A stretch of DNA of 64,000 nt from an uncultured bacterium (lineage in GTDB: Bacteria; Actinomycetota; Acidimicrobiia; Spongiisociales; UBA5794): NCBI GenBank assembly GCA_963801165.1, contig CAWDDT010000010.1, forward strand, positions 233,045-297,044, written 5' to 3'. The notes under the pieces are model-generated. The model was given only the letters and a program-made list of their open reading frames with translations, had not been told where the DNA came from and made no database searches. Position 1 is the stretch's first letter, and each line of letters starts with the position of its first letter. Positions 1-10,011 of the stretch are shown here, piece after piece. The translations under genes were made by a program, and so were the position numbers.

Positions 1-2
1 GG

Positions 3-335
3 TCGCTCGACGCAGCCCACGTGATGAGGGAGGCGTTCGACCGGCGCCGGGTCACTATGCACCGGATGCTCAACGAGATCAACGGGGTGAGCTGTGTGGA
101 ACCCCTGGGTGCCTTCTACGCCTTCCCGAACATGCAAGGGCTGCTCGGTCGCGACCTCGGTGGCAAGACCGCAGATACGACCCTCGATCTCGCCGGGCTG
201 GTCCTCGACGAGGCCCAGGTCGCCTTTGTCCCCGGTGAGGCCTTTGGCCTCGGCGGATACGCACGATTCTCGTTTGCGCTCGCCGATGAGGATCTGGTGG
301 AAGGGCTACGACGGATCCAGGAACTCGCCGGCTGA
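3..335 (+). CDS. PLP-dependent aminotransferase class I/II (AspC-like), 5'-truncated by window edge
   Basis: C-terminal motifs [17 protein letters not shown] and ARFSFA. Confidence 0.85.
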   Translation, partial: SLDAAHVMREAFDRRRVTMHRMLNEINGVSCVEPLGAFYAFPNMQGLLGRDLGGKTADTTLDLAGLVLDEAQVAFVPGEAFGLGGYARFSFALADEDLVEGLRRIQELAG

Positions 336-1526
336 CAGCTTGTCGATCTCGGCGATGACTGTTTGGCCGGCGGCGGATTTCGGATTGATCAGCGACGAGT
401 GGTCAACGCCTTCCAGCTCCCGGTAGACGACGGTGTCACCAGCCTCACCCGCCGCAGCTGCATACGCCCGGCTCATCTCAACCGGTACTGCGATGTCGTC
501 AGTTCCGTGGATAAGGACCTGACGTACCCCGAGCGGAAGCAAGCTTCGGGGCGAACTTGCCGCATACCGCTCGGCGCCATCTTGCGGGGTTCTGCGCAGA
601 AACTCGGCTACGGCGCCGTCGCCGAGATTGCGTGCGTATGCGTCTTCGAGATCGGCGACCGGAGCGAGAGCGACCACGGCATGAGGATGTACCCGGGCTT
701 CGGGGTCAGGTATTCCATTCGAGAGATGTGGGCGCGCCGCCGCCCACAGTGCCAGATGTCCTCCCGCCGAGTGTCCGACGAGGACGACCCTGCCTGGATC
801 CAGGTCGTAGTCCGGAGCCAGCGCCGCCAGGCGGTCGGCGCCGGCTGCAACATCCTCGAGCGTGGCCGGCCAGCCGCCGCCGGTGCCGACCCTGTGGTAC
901 TCCAGATTCCAAGTCGCCCAGCCGTGCGAGCAGAGCTCCACAGCGAGGCTATCCATGATGTCCCGTGTCCACCGGTCCCGCCAGAAGCCTCCGTGGATCA
1001 GCACGGCCACCGGGTGCGGCCCGTCACCCTCGGGTGTCAGCAACGCACCCACCTGGTCTTCGGCAGGTCCATAGCGGATGACCTCGGGCCGGACGGACGC
1101 TTGGTTGACGAGGTACTCGAGGGCGTAGCGATATCCGTCGATGCCGCGACCTCTGATCATGTAGTCGCAGGCGGGTGCGATCACAGAGGTCCTGCGCCAG
1201 TTGTCACGCTCTTTGATGTTCGAGATGTGGACCTCGACCGCGGGGAGGGCGATGGCTGCGATGGCGTCGTGGAGCGCATAGCTGTAATGGGTGAGGGCGC
1301 CGGCGTTGATGATGATGCCGTCCTGGGCGCGCCGATCGTCGTGGAGACGGTCGATGATCGCTCCCTCGTGGTTCGATTGAAAGCACGTGACGGTTACGCC
1401 GAGGTCCAATCCCCATGAAATGACGAGCGTCTCGAGCTCGTTGAGGGTCGTCGCACCATAGACGGCCGGCTCGCGCTCGCCGAGCAGGTTGAGGTTGGGG
1501 CCGTTGATGACCAGGACGCGCTTCAT
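306..1526 (-). CDS. aroQ: Type II 3-dehydroquinate dehydratase fused to an alpha/beta hydrolase
   Basis: [33 protein letters not shown], then HGGFW and GHSAGG in the same ORF; start moved to MKRVLVING, with TACGCT 7 nt upstream. Confidence 0.9.
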   Translation of the reverse strand: MKRVLVINGPNLNLLGEREPAVYGATTLNELETLVISWGLDLGVTVTCFQSNHEGAIIDRLHDDRRAQDGIIINAGALTHYSYALHDAIAAIALPAVEVHISNIKERDNWRRTSVIAPACDYMIRGRGIDGYRYALEYLVNQASVRPEVIRYGPAEDQVGALLTPEGDGPHPVAVLIHGGFWRDRWTRDIMDSLAVELCSHGWATWNLEYHRVGTGGGWPATLEDVAAGADRLAALAPDYDLDPGRVVLVGHSAGGHLALWAAARPHLSNGIPDPEARVHPHAVVALAPVADLEDAYARNLGDGAVAEFLRRTPQDGAERYAASSPRSLLPLGVRQVLIHGTDDIAVPVEMSRAYAAAAGEAGDTVVYRELEGVDHSSLINPKSAAGQTVIAEIDKLSAGEFLDPS

Positions 1527-1690
1527 AGTCGGGAGCGTATTGGATTGTTGCCGTCCGGTCGAGTCTCTATTCGCCATCGGGTGCGTAGCCGAGGATGTCG
1601 CCGGGCTAGCAGTCGAGCACCTGCCATAGGGATCGAGTGACGCGAAACGGATACGTCTTTGTCGAAAGTGAACAAGAACCAGAGCCGCTA

Positions 1691-2440
1691 TTAGGGAACA
1701 AAGCGTTTGGCGAGCGGGCGCGCCTCATGCACCATTGCATCGTCGATACGGTCCTTGGTGATGATGTAGTGATCTGCCAGCACCCCCCGGAGTGTCGCCA
1801 GTACCGTGTCGTTGTCGATGCCGTGGCGTACGTCACTCAGTGCCCCGGCGGTCGCGGGACGCCATTCGAGCTCGAGCGCCCGGTACACCGGGATGAGCGC
1901 CCGCAACAGCAGATCGCGCCGGCTGACGGCGATCACTCCTCCGACATGGGCGGCGTGCTTGGCGAGACGCTGGCCGACCCCCATCAGCTTGATCCGGCCG
2001 TCGTGATGAACGCTGAAGTCGCCCGGGCAATACTCGCCGGGGACCTCGCCCACCGCGGCCGAGACTCCCAGTTTCTCGAACGCGGCGACCATGACGCTGC
2101 TGATGTGGCGGAAATTGTCGTAGACAGTGCTGCGCGGATCGGGGTCGGGGAGTGCGAGCGAGAAGGCGATGGTGCCCTCGGTGAAAACGGCAGCTCTGCC
2201 GCCGGCCAATCGCTCCACGGCGCCGAACCCGGCCTGGCGGGCCGCAGCAACGGCAGCCGGATACTGAGGAGTGACCGTGTCTCTCTTGCCGAAGGCCACC
2301 TCACGGCCGGGCACATACAGCCGCATCGTCGCCGGCATTTCCCCGGCAGCAACCCGACTGAGGATCAGGGTGCTCAATGCGGTGTCGAGACCGGGTTCTT
2401 CCGACCAGGAGCCGCCGAGGAGGAGCAAGGGTGTCTTCAC
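1691..2440 (-). CDS. Lipoate-protein ligase family, LipL-like octanoyl/lipoyl amidotransferase
   Basis: RLAGGRAA, GEYCPGDFSV, KLMGVGQR. Confidence 0.8.
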   Translation of the reverse strand: MKTPLLLLGGSWSEEPGLDTALSTLILSRVAAGEMPATMRLYVPGREVAFGKRDTVTPQYPAAVAAARQAGFGAVERLAGGRAAVFTEGTIAFSLALPDPDPRSTVYDNFRHISSVMVAAFEKLGVSAAVGEVPGEYCPGDFSVHHDGRIKLMGVGQRLAKHAAHVGGVIAVSRRDLLLRALIPVYRALELEWRPATAGALSDVRHGIDNDTVLATLRGVLADHYIITKDRIDDAMVHEARPLAKRFVP

Positions 2441-2580
2441 GGGCGCAGGGTAGTGCCTGGGGCAGCTCGGGTCCTGCTTGGAAGCAATGCGCTGCCCAAA
2501 CGTCGGTGCGATCGCCCAGATACATGGCTATCACGTAGGCACGGGTAATCTGAGAGGACATCCCAATCTCCGGAATCCCG

Positions 2581-3264
2581 TTGAAACGCATCATTGTCCT
2601 CATGCTCGTGTGCTTGTCCGTCGCCGCTTGCGGCGACGCGGGTCTGCTCGACGGTCTCGGTGATCGTTCGGTCAATTACGTGCACGGCGGGACGACCACA
2701 ACGACGACCACCACCGAGGGACCGCTTCCCGAGGCGCCGCAAGGCTCGGTTCATGCCGTCGACATTGTCTGGTTCAACGACGGGATCGCAGGAGAATCGC
2801 CCACGATGGAGCAGGGCGTCGCCGTTTCAACCGTGTGGAGCCGCGGAGACGGTGTGACTTCGGTGATCCAGGCGAGCAGGAAGGAGATCGCCGCGGCGTT
2901 GCCGGGCGTCCAATTCCCCGAGCTCGTTCCTGACACCGTCGGTTGGGTGACCAGCCAGCTCGTGTTCGACGTCGCCTCCGGTCTGCTCAGCGCGGACACA
3001 TCGGCACAATTCGGGCTGTGGCACCAGGAGCCGTACAAAACCGAGGGGGGCCGGACCGCAGTGATTTCGGTGCGTCCTGCGACGAGTGCCGACATCGTCG
3101 GGTCGATTCAAGCGGAAGAAACGACCACTGGTCTCGATCTGTCATGGGCCGCTGAGGCCTATCACTACGTCATCGAGTGCCCTTTGGAGCTTCCCGAGGA
3201 CAACTGCTGGCAAATGGCTGAGTCCGTGATGCCACTCAGCCAGATGCTGCCGGACGAGGGCTGA
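2581..3264 (+). CDS. Hypothetical lipoprotein
   Basis: Signal peptide with lipobox VAAC and a poly-Thr linker. Confidence 0.7.
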   Translation: MKRIIVLMLVCLSVAACGDAGLLDGLGDRSVNYVHGGTTTTTTTTEGPLPEAPQGSVHAVDIVWFNDGIAGESPTMEQGVAVSTVWSRGDGVTSVIQASRKEIAAALPGVQFPELVPDTVGWVTSQLVFDVASGLLSADTSAQFGLWHQEPYKTEGGRTAVISVRPATSADIVGSIQAEETTTGLDLSWAAEAYHYVIECPLELPEDNCWQMAESVMPLSQMLPDEG

Positions 3265-3335
3265 GGCGACCGCCCCGTCCTCGATCGCAGGGACCCGGCT
3301 CTAAGGTTGCGTGATCTGAGAAGGGAACGCTCATT

Positions 3336-5240
3336 CTGCATGGCACGGGATGGTGGTCGTATGTTCGCTACGACGAGGACCAGGATCGCCCTGAGATAAG
3401 CCGGTCTTTGCTGCGCCGGGTGCTGGGCTACGGACGCGCGTACAAGAAGGAGATGGTCATCGCGCTGGTGACGATCCTGATCATCTCGATCACATCGTTG
3501 GCGCCACCGCTTCTGATCAGAGACCTTCTCAACAACGCCATCCCCAATTCAGACCTGGGGAGGGTGACCGTGCTCGGGATCGGGATGATCCTCGTTCCGT
3601 TGATCAACGGCGGTTTCGGGGTTTTGCAGCGGTGGGCATCGGCATCGATCGGGGAAGGGATCATCTTCGATCTGCGCTGTCAGTTGTTTTCCCATCTGCA
3701 GCGCATGTCGCTCGGGTTCTTTACGGCGACCCGCACCGGCGAGTTGATGAGCCGTCTCAATAATGACGTCGTTGGTGCCCAGCAGGCCGTTACCGGCACG
3801 TTCATGTCCCTCGCCTCGAACATCGTGTCGGTGATCTTCACCCTCGTCATCATGTTTCTGCTCGAGTGGCGGCTGACCGCGATGTCGCTCGTGATCCTCC
3901 CCGTGTTTATCGCGGTCTCGCGACGCGTCGGCCGTTCTTTGCGGACGGTCCGGCGCGAGCAGCTCGAGGAGAACGCCGAGATGAACGCCCAGATGCAGGA
4001 GACGCTCGGCGTCTCGGGGGCACTGCTCGTCAAGTTGTTCGGTCGCACCCAATACGAGGACGAACGTTTCCGTATTCGGGCCCGCCGCGTAGCGGACCTG
4101 GGGATCAGACAGGCGACCATCGGCCGGTGGTTCTTCATGGCTCTCGGCGTGATGAGCGCCCTCGGCACCGCGCTCGTGTTCTGGGTGGGAGCCGTGATGG
4201 TTATCAACGGCCGGATCAACACGGGGGACATAGTGGCTCTCTCGCTGTATCTCAACAACCTCTACGGTCCCCTTTCCGGGCTCACCAACGCCCGGGTCGA
4301 GTTCGCCACGTCACTCGTCTCTTTCGAGCGGGTCTTTGAGGTGCTCGACCTGGACCTTGACATCATCGAGTCACCCGCCGCCGTCGATCTCGAGTCCGCC
4401 CGGGGCGAGATCGAGTTCGACGACGTGTGGTTCTCGTACGGCGGTCACCTCGGGTTGCAGGCGGTGAAGCGCTATGGCTGGCGGAATGTCACCGATGGTG
4501 ACGAGGGCCCCCGTCAGGAAGGCCCGGTGAGCTGGGCGCTGCGGGGTGTGTCCTTTGCGGTGAACCCGGGTGAGCTAGTGGCGCTGGTAGGGCCGAGCGG
4601 CGCAGGCAAGACCACCTCCACGTACCTCGTGCCGCGGATCTACGACGCCGACCGGGGAGCGGTCCGGATCGACGGCTCGGATGTTCGCACGACGACGCTG
4701 GAGTCGCTGGCACGAGCCATTGGGGTGGTCACCCAGGAGACCTATCTGTTCCACGACACGATCGCTGCCAACCTCCGGTACGCCAAGCCGGACGCGACCG
4801 AGGACGAGCTGCTCGAGGCTGCTGAAACGGCGAACATCCGGGAGTTGATCGAAGGTCTCCCCAGGGGGTTCGACACTGTGGTCGGGGAGAGGGGCTACCG
4901 GCTCTCCGGCGGGGAGAAACAACGGATGGCGATCGCCCGGGTGATCTTGAAGGACCCCCGTATCCTCATCCTGGACGAAGCCACTTCGCACCTCGACGCC
5001 CACGCCGAGGCGCTGATACAGGAGGCGCTCGAGAGAGTGATGGAGGGCCGGACCTCGCTCGTGATCGCTCATCGCCTCTCGACGATTCTGGCCGCCGACC
5101 GGATTCTGGTCCTCGATGGGGGGCGCCTCGTCGAAGAGGGCAGTCACGCCGAGCTGCTTGCCCGCGACGGTCTCTACGCGTCGCTGTACCGCACCCAGTT
5201 TGCCGCAGAAGACGTCGCTGCCGACGGGTTGGGGTCATGA
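3336..5240 (+). CDS. ABC exporter, fused permease and ATP-binding domain
   Basis: TM domain, GPSGAGKT, LSGGEKQR, LDEATS; first canonical start is TTG 3408 but the frame is open to a CTG at 3336 behind GAGAAGGGA. Confidence 0.9.
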   Translation: MHGTGWWSYVRYDEDQDRPEISRSLLRRVLGYGRAYKKEMVIALVTILIISITSLAPPLLIRDLLNNAIPNSDLGRVTVLGIGMILVPLINGGFGVLQRWASASIGEGIIFDLRCQLFSHLQRMSLGFFTATRTGELMSRLNNDVVGAQQAVTGTFMSLASNIVSVIFTLVIMFLLEWRLTAMSLVILPVFIAVSRRVGRSLRTVRREQLEENAEMNAQMQETLGVSGALLVKLFGRTQYEDERFRIRARRVADLGIRQATIGRWFFMALGVMSALGTALVFWVGAVMVINGRINTGDIVALSLYLNNLYGPLSGLTNARVEFATSLVSFERVFEVLDLDLDIIESPAAVDLESARGEIEFDDVWFSYGGHLGLQAVKRYGWRNVTDGDEGPRQEGPVSWALRGVSFAVNPGELVALVGPSGAGKTTSTYLVPRIYDADRGAVRIDGSDVRTTTLESLARAIGVVTQETYLFHDTIAANLRYAKPDATEDELLEAAETANIRELIEGLPRGFDTVVGERGYRLSGGEKQRMAIARVILKDPRILILDEATSHLDAHAEALIQEALERVMEGRTSLVIAHRLSTILAADRILVLDGGRLVEEGSHAELLARDGLYASLYRTQFAAEDVAADGLGS

Positions 5241-5683
5241 CGAAGCTGCCGCTTGTGGCCTTGCTGCTGCTCGTTTCCTGCGCCGCGGAAGCCGATACGC
5301 CGGAAACCACAGAGCTCGTCACCGCAGCGAGCACAACGGCTACCACCGCAGCGGGGACCTCGGAATCAGCCACGCCGGGATGTGCGGACGTGGTCGACGT
5401 CACCATGACCGAGCAGGACGGCACATTTACCGTTGCCGCTACAGTCCGATCGAGCGACACCGGCTGGGACAAGTATGCAGACGCCTGGCAGATCCGGGGA
5501 CCGGGTGGCGAGGTCATTGCCGAGAGGGTGCTCACTCACCCGCATGTGGACGAGCAGCCGTTCACGAGGAGCCTGAGTGGTGTTGTCATCCCGGCGGGTG
5601 TCGCTGTTGTGACGGTCGCCGCCCGGGACTCCGTTTCCGGATTCTGCGGCGAAGTGCACGATGCGGAGGTACCGGGACGGTGA
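5237..5683 (+). CDS. Small hypothetical lipoprotein
   Basis: Lipobox LVSC, T/A-rich linker, DTGWDKYADAW and HPHVDEQPFTRS; ATGA overlap with the ABC gene. Confidence 0.75.
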   Translation: MTKLPLVALLLLVSCAAEADTPETTELVTAASTTATTAAGTSESATPGCADVVDVTMTEQDGTFTVAATVRSSDTGWDKYADAWQIRGPGGEVIAERVLTHPHVDEQPFTRSLSGVVIPAGVAVVTVAARDSVSGFCGEVHDAEVPGR

Positions 5684-6249
5684 CGTATCAGGTCTGGGTC
5701 GACGACTCGTGGTTGGACATACCGGCACTGACGATGAGCGGCGAGGCGATCGTCGTGCCGAATGTGAATGCGATCGTCCGGTCGTCCGACGGAAACGCGA
5801 TCCTGCTCCAGCGTCGTGACAAGGTGGGGGAACCCGTCCGGGGCAAGCTGGAGATTCCCGGTGGAAGGTGGCGGGCGGGAGAACCTCCGGAGACGGCAAT
5901 GCGGCGTGAGGTACAGGAGGAGGCCGGGGTCCGTATCATCGAGTCCATCTCGGTCACCGGGCGAGTGGAGGTCGCGACGAATCGTGCCTGTGGATTCGTG
6001 CACCCGGTCGCCGTTGTCAACGGGATTGAAGGATCGTATCCCTCTCTTCATGTGCTCTTCGAATGCGTCGGTGAGGGTGAGCCGGTGGCCCAACCGGGCG
6101 AGACCGCCGAGCCGCGCTGGTGGCCGATCGGGGAAGTGCGGGCACTCCTCGAAGAAGCACCCGATGAGTTCGTGGATCAGACCCGCGTCATGCTGGCGGT
6201 CTACTTCAAGACGACGGATGACGGTCCACACGCTCCCAGCGGAAGCTAG
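5680..6249 (+). CDS. NUDIX hydrolase
   Basis: Nudix box GRWRAGEPPETAMRREVQEEAG; GTGA overlap with upstream stop. Confidence 0.85.
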   Translation: MTYQVWVDDSWLDIPALTMSGEAIVVPNVNAIVRSSDGNAILLQRRDKVGEPVRGKLEIPGGRWRAGEPPETAMRREVQEEAGVRIIESISVTGRVEVATNRACGFVHPVAVVNGIEGSYPSLHVLFECVGEGEPVAQPGETAEPRWWPIGEVRALLEEAPDEFVDQTRVMLAVYFKTTDDGPHAPSGS

Positions 6250-6752
6250 AGATCGTCCTGTTGGTCCTCGGTGGTCGGATCGTGGGAACCGGGGGGCAGC
6301 ACGAGCACCGGTCTTCCCGACTCGATCATGACCCTTGCGGAAACACTCTCCCACGCCGACTGATCGAATATCTGTCGTGTGGCGCCGAGCAAGACCACAT
6401 CGGCGTCGACTTCCTCGGCGAGTTGCGAGATGGCGCGGGCCGGGTCGGCGCCCTCCCGGAACAAGGTGCGCGACTCGAGTCCGGCGGCTCGTAGCGCCGC
6501 GCAGATCGGCTCGGTGAGACGCCGACCGCGCTCTTCGACGTACCGGTGCATGATTGCCTCGTCGCCGTCACTCTCGGGGACCTCGTCGGTCAGCGGATGC
6601 CACCCCTCAGATCGCAGCGTATCGAGGAAACCATGGGGGACTTCGATGACGGTGGTGACCGTCACTTCTCCGCTCGTGCCGATGAGGTGGCGGGTGAATT
6701 CAACAGCAGGCGCCGGGCTGAGCACGCCGGTCGTGGCGATGAGCACATGCAT
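6246..6752 (-). CDS. Universal stress protein
   Basis: MHVLIAT, DPARAI...ADVVLLGA, SVSARVMIESGRPVLVL; TATGAT 6 nt before ATG. Confidence 0.85.
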   Translation of the reverse strand: MHVLIATTGVLSPAPAVEFTRHLIGTSGEVTVTTVIEVPHGFLDTLRSEGWHPLTDEVPESDGDEAIMHRYVEERGRRLTEPICAALRAAGLESRTLFREGADPARAISQLAEEVDADVVLLGATRQIFDQSAWESVSARVMIESGRPVLVLPPGSHDPTTEDQQDDL

Positions 6753-6858
6753 CGGGGAATCATAGGGCTCTGGTGCGCTCGGCATCCAAGCGGCGGCCGA
6801 CTACACGTCATCCGCTCGAAGTCCCGTCGTTACCCTGTCCAGCGTGGAAGGAGCTGAT

Positions 6859-7383
6859 ATGGAAGCGACGCCAGACGTAGAGACCATCAACAAGGTGATG
6901 TGGCACATCCCGAACCCGCTCTGTCTGCTTGGTTCCCGCGCCGGAGACGAGTGGAATGGGATGACCCAGAGCTGGGTATCGCAGGTGGCCATGGATCCGG
7001 TATTGGTTGCCGTATCGGTCGACGCCGCGGCGGTGACGAACCGGTTGATCCGGCAGGGTGGGTCGTTCTCGGTGAATCTCTGGGACAAGGACGACACGAG
7101 GGTCTTCGTCAAGTTCTCGAAGCCTGCCAGCAAGGATGGCGACACACTGAACGGTCGGCCTATCCGTGAGGGGAAGACCGGGGTCCCGATCTTCACCGAG
7201 GCGGTCGCTTACATCGAATGTCGCGTGGTCGAGACGATTGAGCTGGGCAGCCATGATCTGTTCGTTGGCGAGGTGGTCGATGCCGGCTTCAACGGCGAAG
7301 GCGAGACGTCGCCCGCCGCCGCGATGGATGACACCCGGATGAAGTACGGTGGCGTCCTTCGAGCCGGTCACAAGAAGGGCTGA
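6859..7383 (+). CDS. Flavin reductase family protein
   Basis: NGMTQSWVSQVAMDP, AYIECRV, GSHDLFVGEV; GGAG SD. Confidence 0.85.
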   Translation: MEATPDVETINKVMWHIPNPLCLLGSRAGDEWNGMTQSWVSQVAMDPVLVAVSVDAAAVTNRLIRQGGSFSVNLWDKDDTRVFVKFSKPASKDGDTLNGRPIREGKTGVPIFTEAVAYIECRVVETIELGSHDLFVGEVVDAGFNGEGETSPAAAMDDTRMKYGGVLRAGHKKG

Positions 7384-7413
7384 CGACGGCCAAGTTCGCT
7401 GAGGAGGCGGTAG

Positions 7414-8184
7414 ATGGACGTTCGCATCGACGGCAAGGTGGCGTTGATAACCGGGGCAAGCCGTGGCATTGGCGAGGCCACCGCGGCTGAGATGCTGGCG
7501 TCGGGTGCCGCCGGGGTGACGATCACGAGCCGGAAAGAGGACAACATCGCGGCAGCCGCCGCCCGTCTCGGTGGCGAGCGTGTCCTGGCTCTAGCGGCGC
7601 GTGCCGACAAGGAAGAAGACGCGATACGGGCCGTAGCGGCAACGATCGAGCGATTCGGTCGTCTCGACATCCTGGTCAACAACGCCGGGACCAATCCCGC
7701 CGCCGGGAACCTGGATACTGTCGATCTAGGTGCGGTCGCCAAGACGTGGGAGGTCAACCAGCTAGGGCCGCTGCTGTGGGCGCGCGCCGCATGGCACGGG
7801 GCAATGCAAGAGGGCGGTGGTGCCATCGTGAACGTGGCGTCGGTGGGCGGTTTGCGGGTGGGTCCCCTGCTCGGTGCCTACAACATCTCAAAAGCAGCGG
7901 TTGTACACATGACCCATCAGCTGGCACTCGAGATGGCCCCCGGGGTGAGGGTAAACGCGGTAGCGCCCTCGGTGGTGCGGACCCGGTTGGCTGCGGCGCT
8001 CTGGGAGGGCGTCGAAGAGCACACCGCCCGCGCGCACCCGCTCGGGAGGATCGGTGAGCCGGCCGACGTCGCCAACGCCATCACCTTTCTCGCCTCCGAC
8101 AACGCCTCCTGGATCACGGGTGTTGTCCTCCCCGTCGACGGTGGGGTGACCGGCGCCGCCGCCGCTCCCGGCCTGGGGGGCTGA
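7414..8184 (+). CDS. Short-chain dehydrogenase/reductase
   Basis: TGASRGIG, NNAG, YNISK. Confidence 0.9.
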   Translation: MDVRIDGKVALITGASRGIGEATAAEMLASGAAGVTITSRKEDNIAAAAARLGGERVLALAARADKEEDAIRAVAATIERFGRLDILVNNAGTNPAAGNLDTVDLGAVAKTWEVNQLGPLLWARAAWHGAMQEGGGAIVNVASVGGLRVGPLLGAYNISKAAVVHMTHQLALEMAPGVRVNAVAPSVVRTRLAAALWEGVEEHTARAHPLGRIGEPADVANAITFLASDNASWITGVVLPVDGGVTGAAAAPGLGG

Positions 8185-8236
8185 TCCGCGGTTGCTGCGA
8201 CAGGAGAGCCGCCGTGGGGCGCCGATGTCAGCAAGT

Positions 8237-9469
8237 TCAGTCGAATTCGCCTGAAGCGTGCCGTTTCGCCAACTCTTCGAGCGTGTAGCCGGGGTAGCCG
8301 TCTTTCGCCCATGCCACGTACGCCTCGGCGCTGGGAACGTCTCGACCGAGCCCAGAGGACAGCAGGAAGCGGTGGTGGAGGAAGTCGGTGTATGCCTGAA
8401 CCGGTTCGAGGTCCGTTACTTCATGGCGGATACGCTGCATAAGTGGCTCGAACACCTGCACCCGCCACATCATTGCCGACACGTCCTTGGTGGGGGCGCT
8501 TCGAAACGGCTCGCGGGCGCGGTGATAGTGCAGGTCGGAAAGGATCTGACGCGCCTGGTTCTCGGAAGCGTCGATCCGGGTCAGCTGGCGTAGCCGGCTG
8601 GAGTGATAGTTGCGTCCGCCGACCTGGATCCGCATCCGAACCCTGTTCCCACCCGAATCGTCCGGTATCAGTGTGACATCACCTACCTCGAACCCCAGGT
8701 CGTTGAGCCGCTGGATGCGGGCGCGAATCAGGTGACGCTCTGTGGGACCGACGACCTGGTCATCTTTGAGCTCGTTCCAGAGCGCTTCGTACCGGACGAT
8801 GACATCGGTGCCAAAGCCCAGGTCTGCGTCGTCGAGGTCGCGTCCCAACGACATGGCGATGTCGGCCATGCCGCCTGCGACGTTGGTTTCCATGATGTCG
8901 AGGTCGTGATAGCGCTGGCCGTCGGACAGATGTTCATGCAACTCGACGGTCTCGGCATCGATCATCAGTGCTTCGATGGCGTCGGCGTCGTACCGATACA
9001 GCACATTCGACAGCGAGCAGTCACCCCAGTAGCACCCGGCGAGATGCAGCTCGACGAGCAACCCGGCGAACGCATCGAGCAGCTGTCCTCGCCGTGCGTC
9101 GAAGCCACCGTTATGGATGAGCTCACGATACGTGAACGTAAACGGGATGAATTGGGTGATGACGGCGGATGACCACTCCTCACCCTTGTCCACCCAACCT
9201 CGTTCGACTACCCCGACCGGGACCGCGATCGGGCGAAGACGCTCGCGCAATGTTCGCAGCGAGTCGTGCTCGTGATGCGCAAGGTGCCGGGGCAACTCCT
9301 TGATCGCATAGAGCCCCTCCTCATAGGAGACGAACACGATCGGGTGGCGGTGGACACCGGTGGGCAGATCGACGACGCGGCCGCCGGTCCATTCGGCCAC
9401 CGTCTTTCCCCAGGGCAGGTCCAGAAAATCGGGATGGCCGGGGCGGATGGAGAGGGTCGGTATCGACAT
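8237..9469 (-). CDS. DUF4032-domain protein with kinase-like (Kdo/WaaP) fold
   Basis: HPDFLDLPW, YAIKE, YWGDCSLSNVLYRYD, IDAET, ENQARQIL. Confidence 0.8.
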   Translation of the reverse strand: MSIPTLSIRPGHPDFLDLPWGKTVAEWTGGRVVDLPTGVHRHPIVFVSYEEGLYAIKELPRHLAHHEHDSLRTLRERLRPIAVPVGVVERGWVDKGEEWSSAVITQFIPFTFTYRELIHNGGFDARRGQLLDAFAGLLVELHLAGCYWGDCSLSNVLYRYDADAIEALMIDAETVELHEHLSDGQRYHDLDIMETNVAGGMADIAMSLGRDLDDADLGFGTDVIVRYEALWNELKDDQVVGPTERHLIRARIQRLNDLGFEVGDVTLIPDDSGGNRVRMRIQVGGRNYHSSRLRQLTRIDASENQARQILSDLHYHRAREPFRSAPTKDVSAMMWRVQVFEPLMQRIRHEVTDLEPVQAYTDFLHHRFLLSSGLGRDVPSAEAYVAWAKDGYPGYTLEELAKRHASGEFD

Positions 9470-9573
9470 GGCTCACCCTGCCTGAGGAGACGGGATGTTG
9501 AGATCGGGACACATTTCGGCGGAAACCGTACCACGGCAGGACGGTGCCGGTTCGACACTGATAGTGTTGCGCC

Positions 9574-10008
9574 ATGTCGCATAAGCTCCAGGTCACCTTC
9601 GATGCCGCCGATCCTGCGGCACTTGCAGATTTCTGGGTGGCTGCCCTCGGCTATGTGCTGCAACCACCGCCCGAGGGTTTCGCATCCTGGCCCGATTGGC
9701 TGCGCGAGATGGGGATCCCCGAGGAGAGCTGGAACGATGCCGCTGCCGTGGTAGATCCCGACGGGGAGGGACCGCGTCTCTTCTTCCAACGGGTGCCGGA
9801 GGGGAAGACGGCCAAGAACCGCGTCCACATCGATGTGGGTGTCTCGGGTGGTCCTTCAGTTGGCTATGACGAGCGCGTCGCCGTGGTGGACGGGCACGTC
9901 GCGACCCTGGTTGGTCTTGGGGCATCGCAGCTCGAGATGTTCTCCGAGCGCGGGGAGTACTGGGTGGTCATGCAGGACCCGGAGGGCAACGAGTTCTGCG
10001 TCCAGTGA
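9574..10008 (+). CDS. VOC/glyoxalase-like protein
   Basis: QVTFDAADP, FQRVPEGKTAKNRVHID, DPEGNEFCV. Confidence 0.9.
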   Translation: MSHKLQVTFDAADPAALADFWVAALGYVLQPPPEGFASWPDWLREMGIPEESWNDAAAVVDPDGEGPRLFFQRVPEGKTAKNRVHIDVGVSGGPSVGYDERVAVVDGHVATLVGLGASQLEMFSERGEYWVVMQDPEGNEFCVQ

Positions 10009-10011
10009 CGG

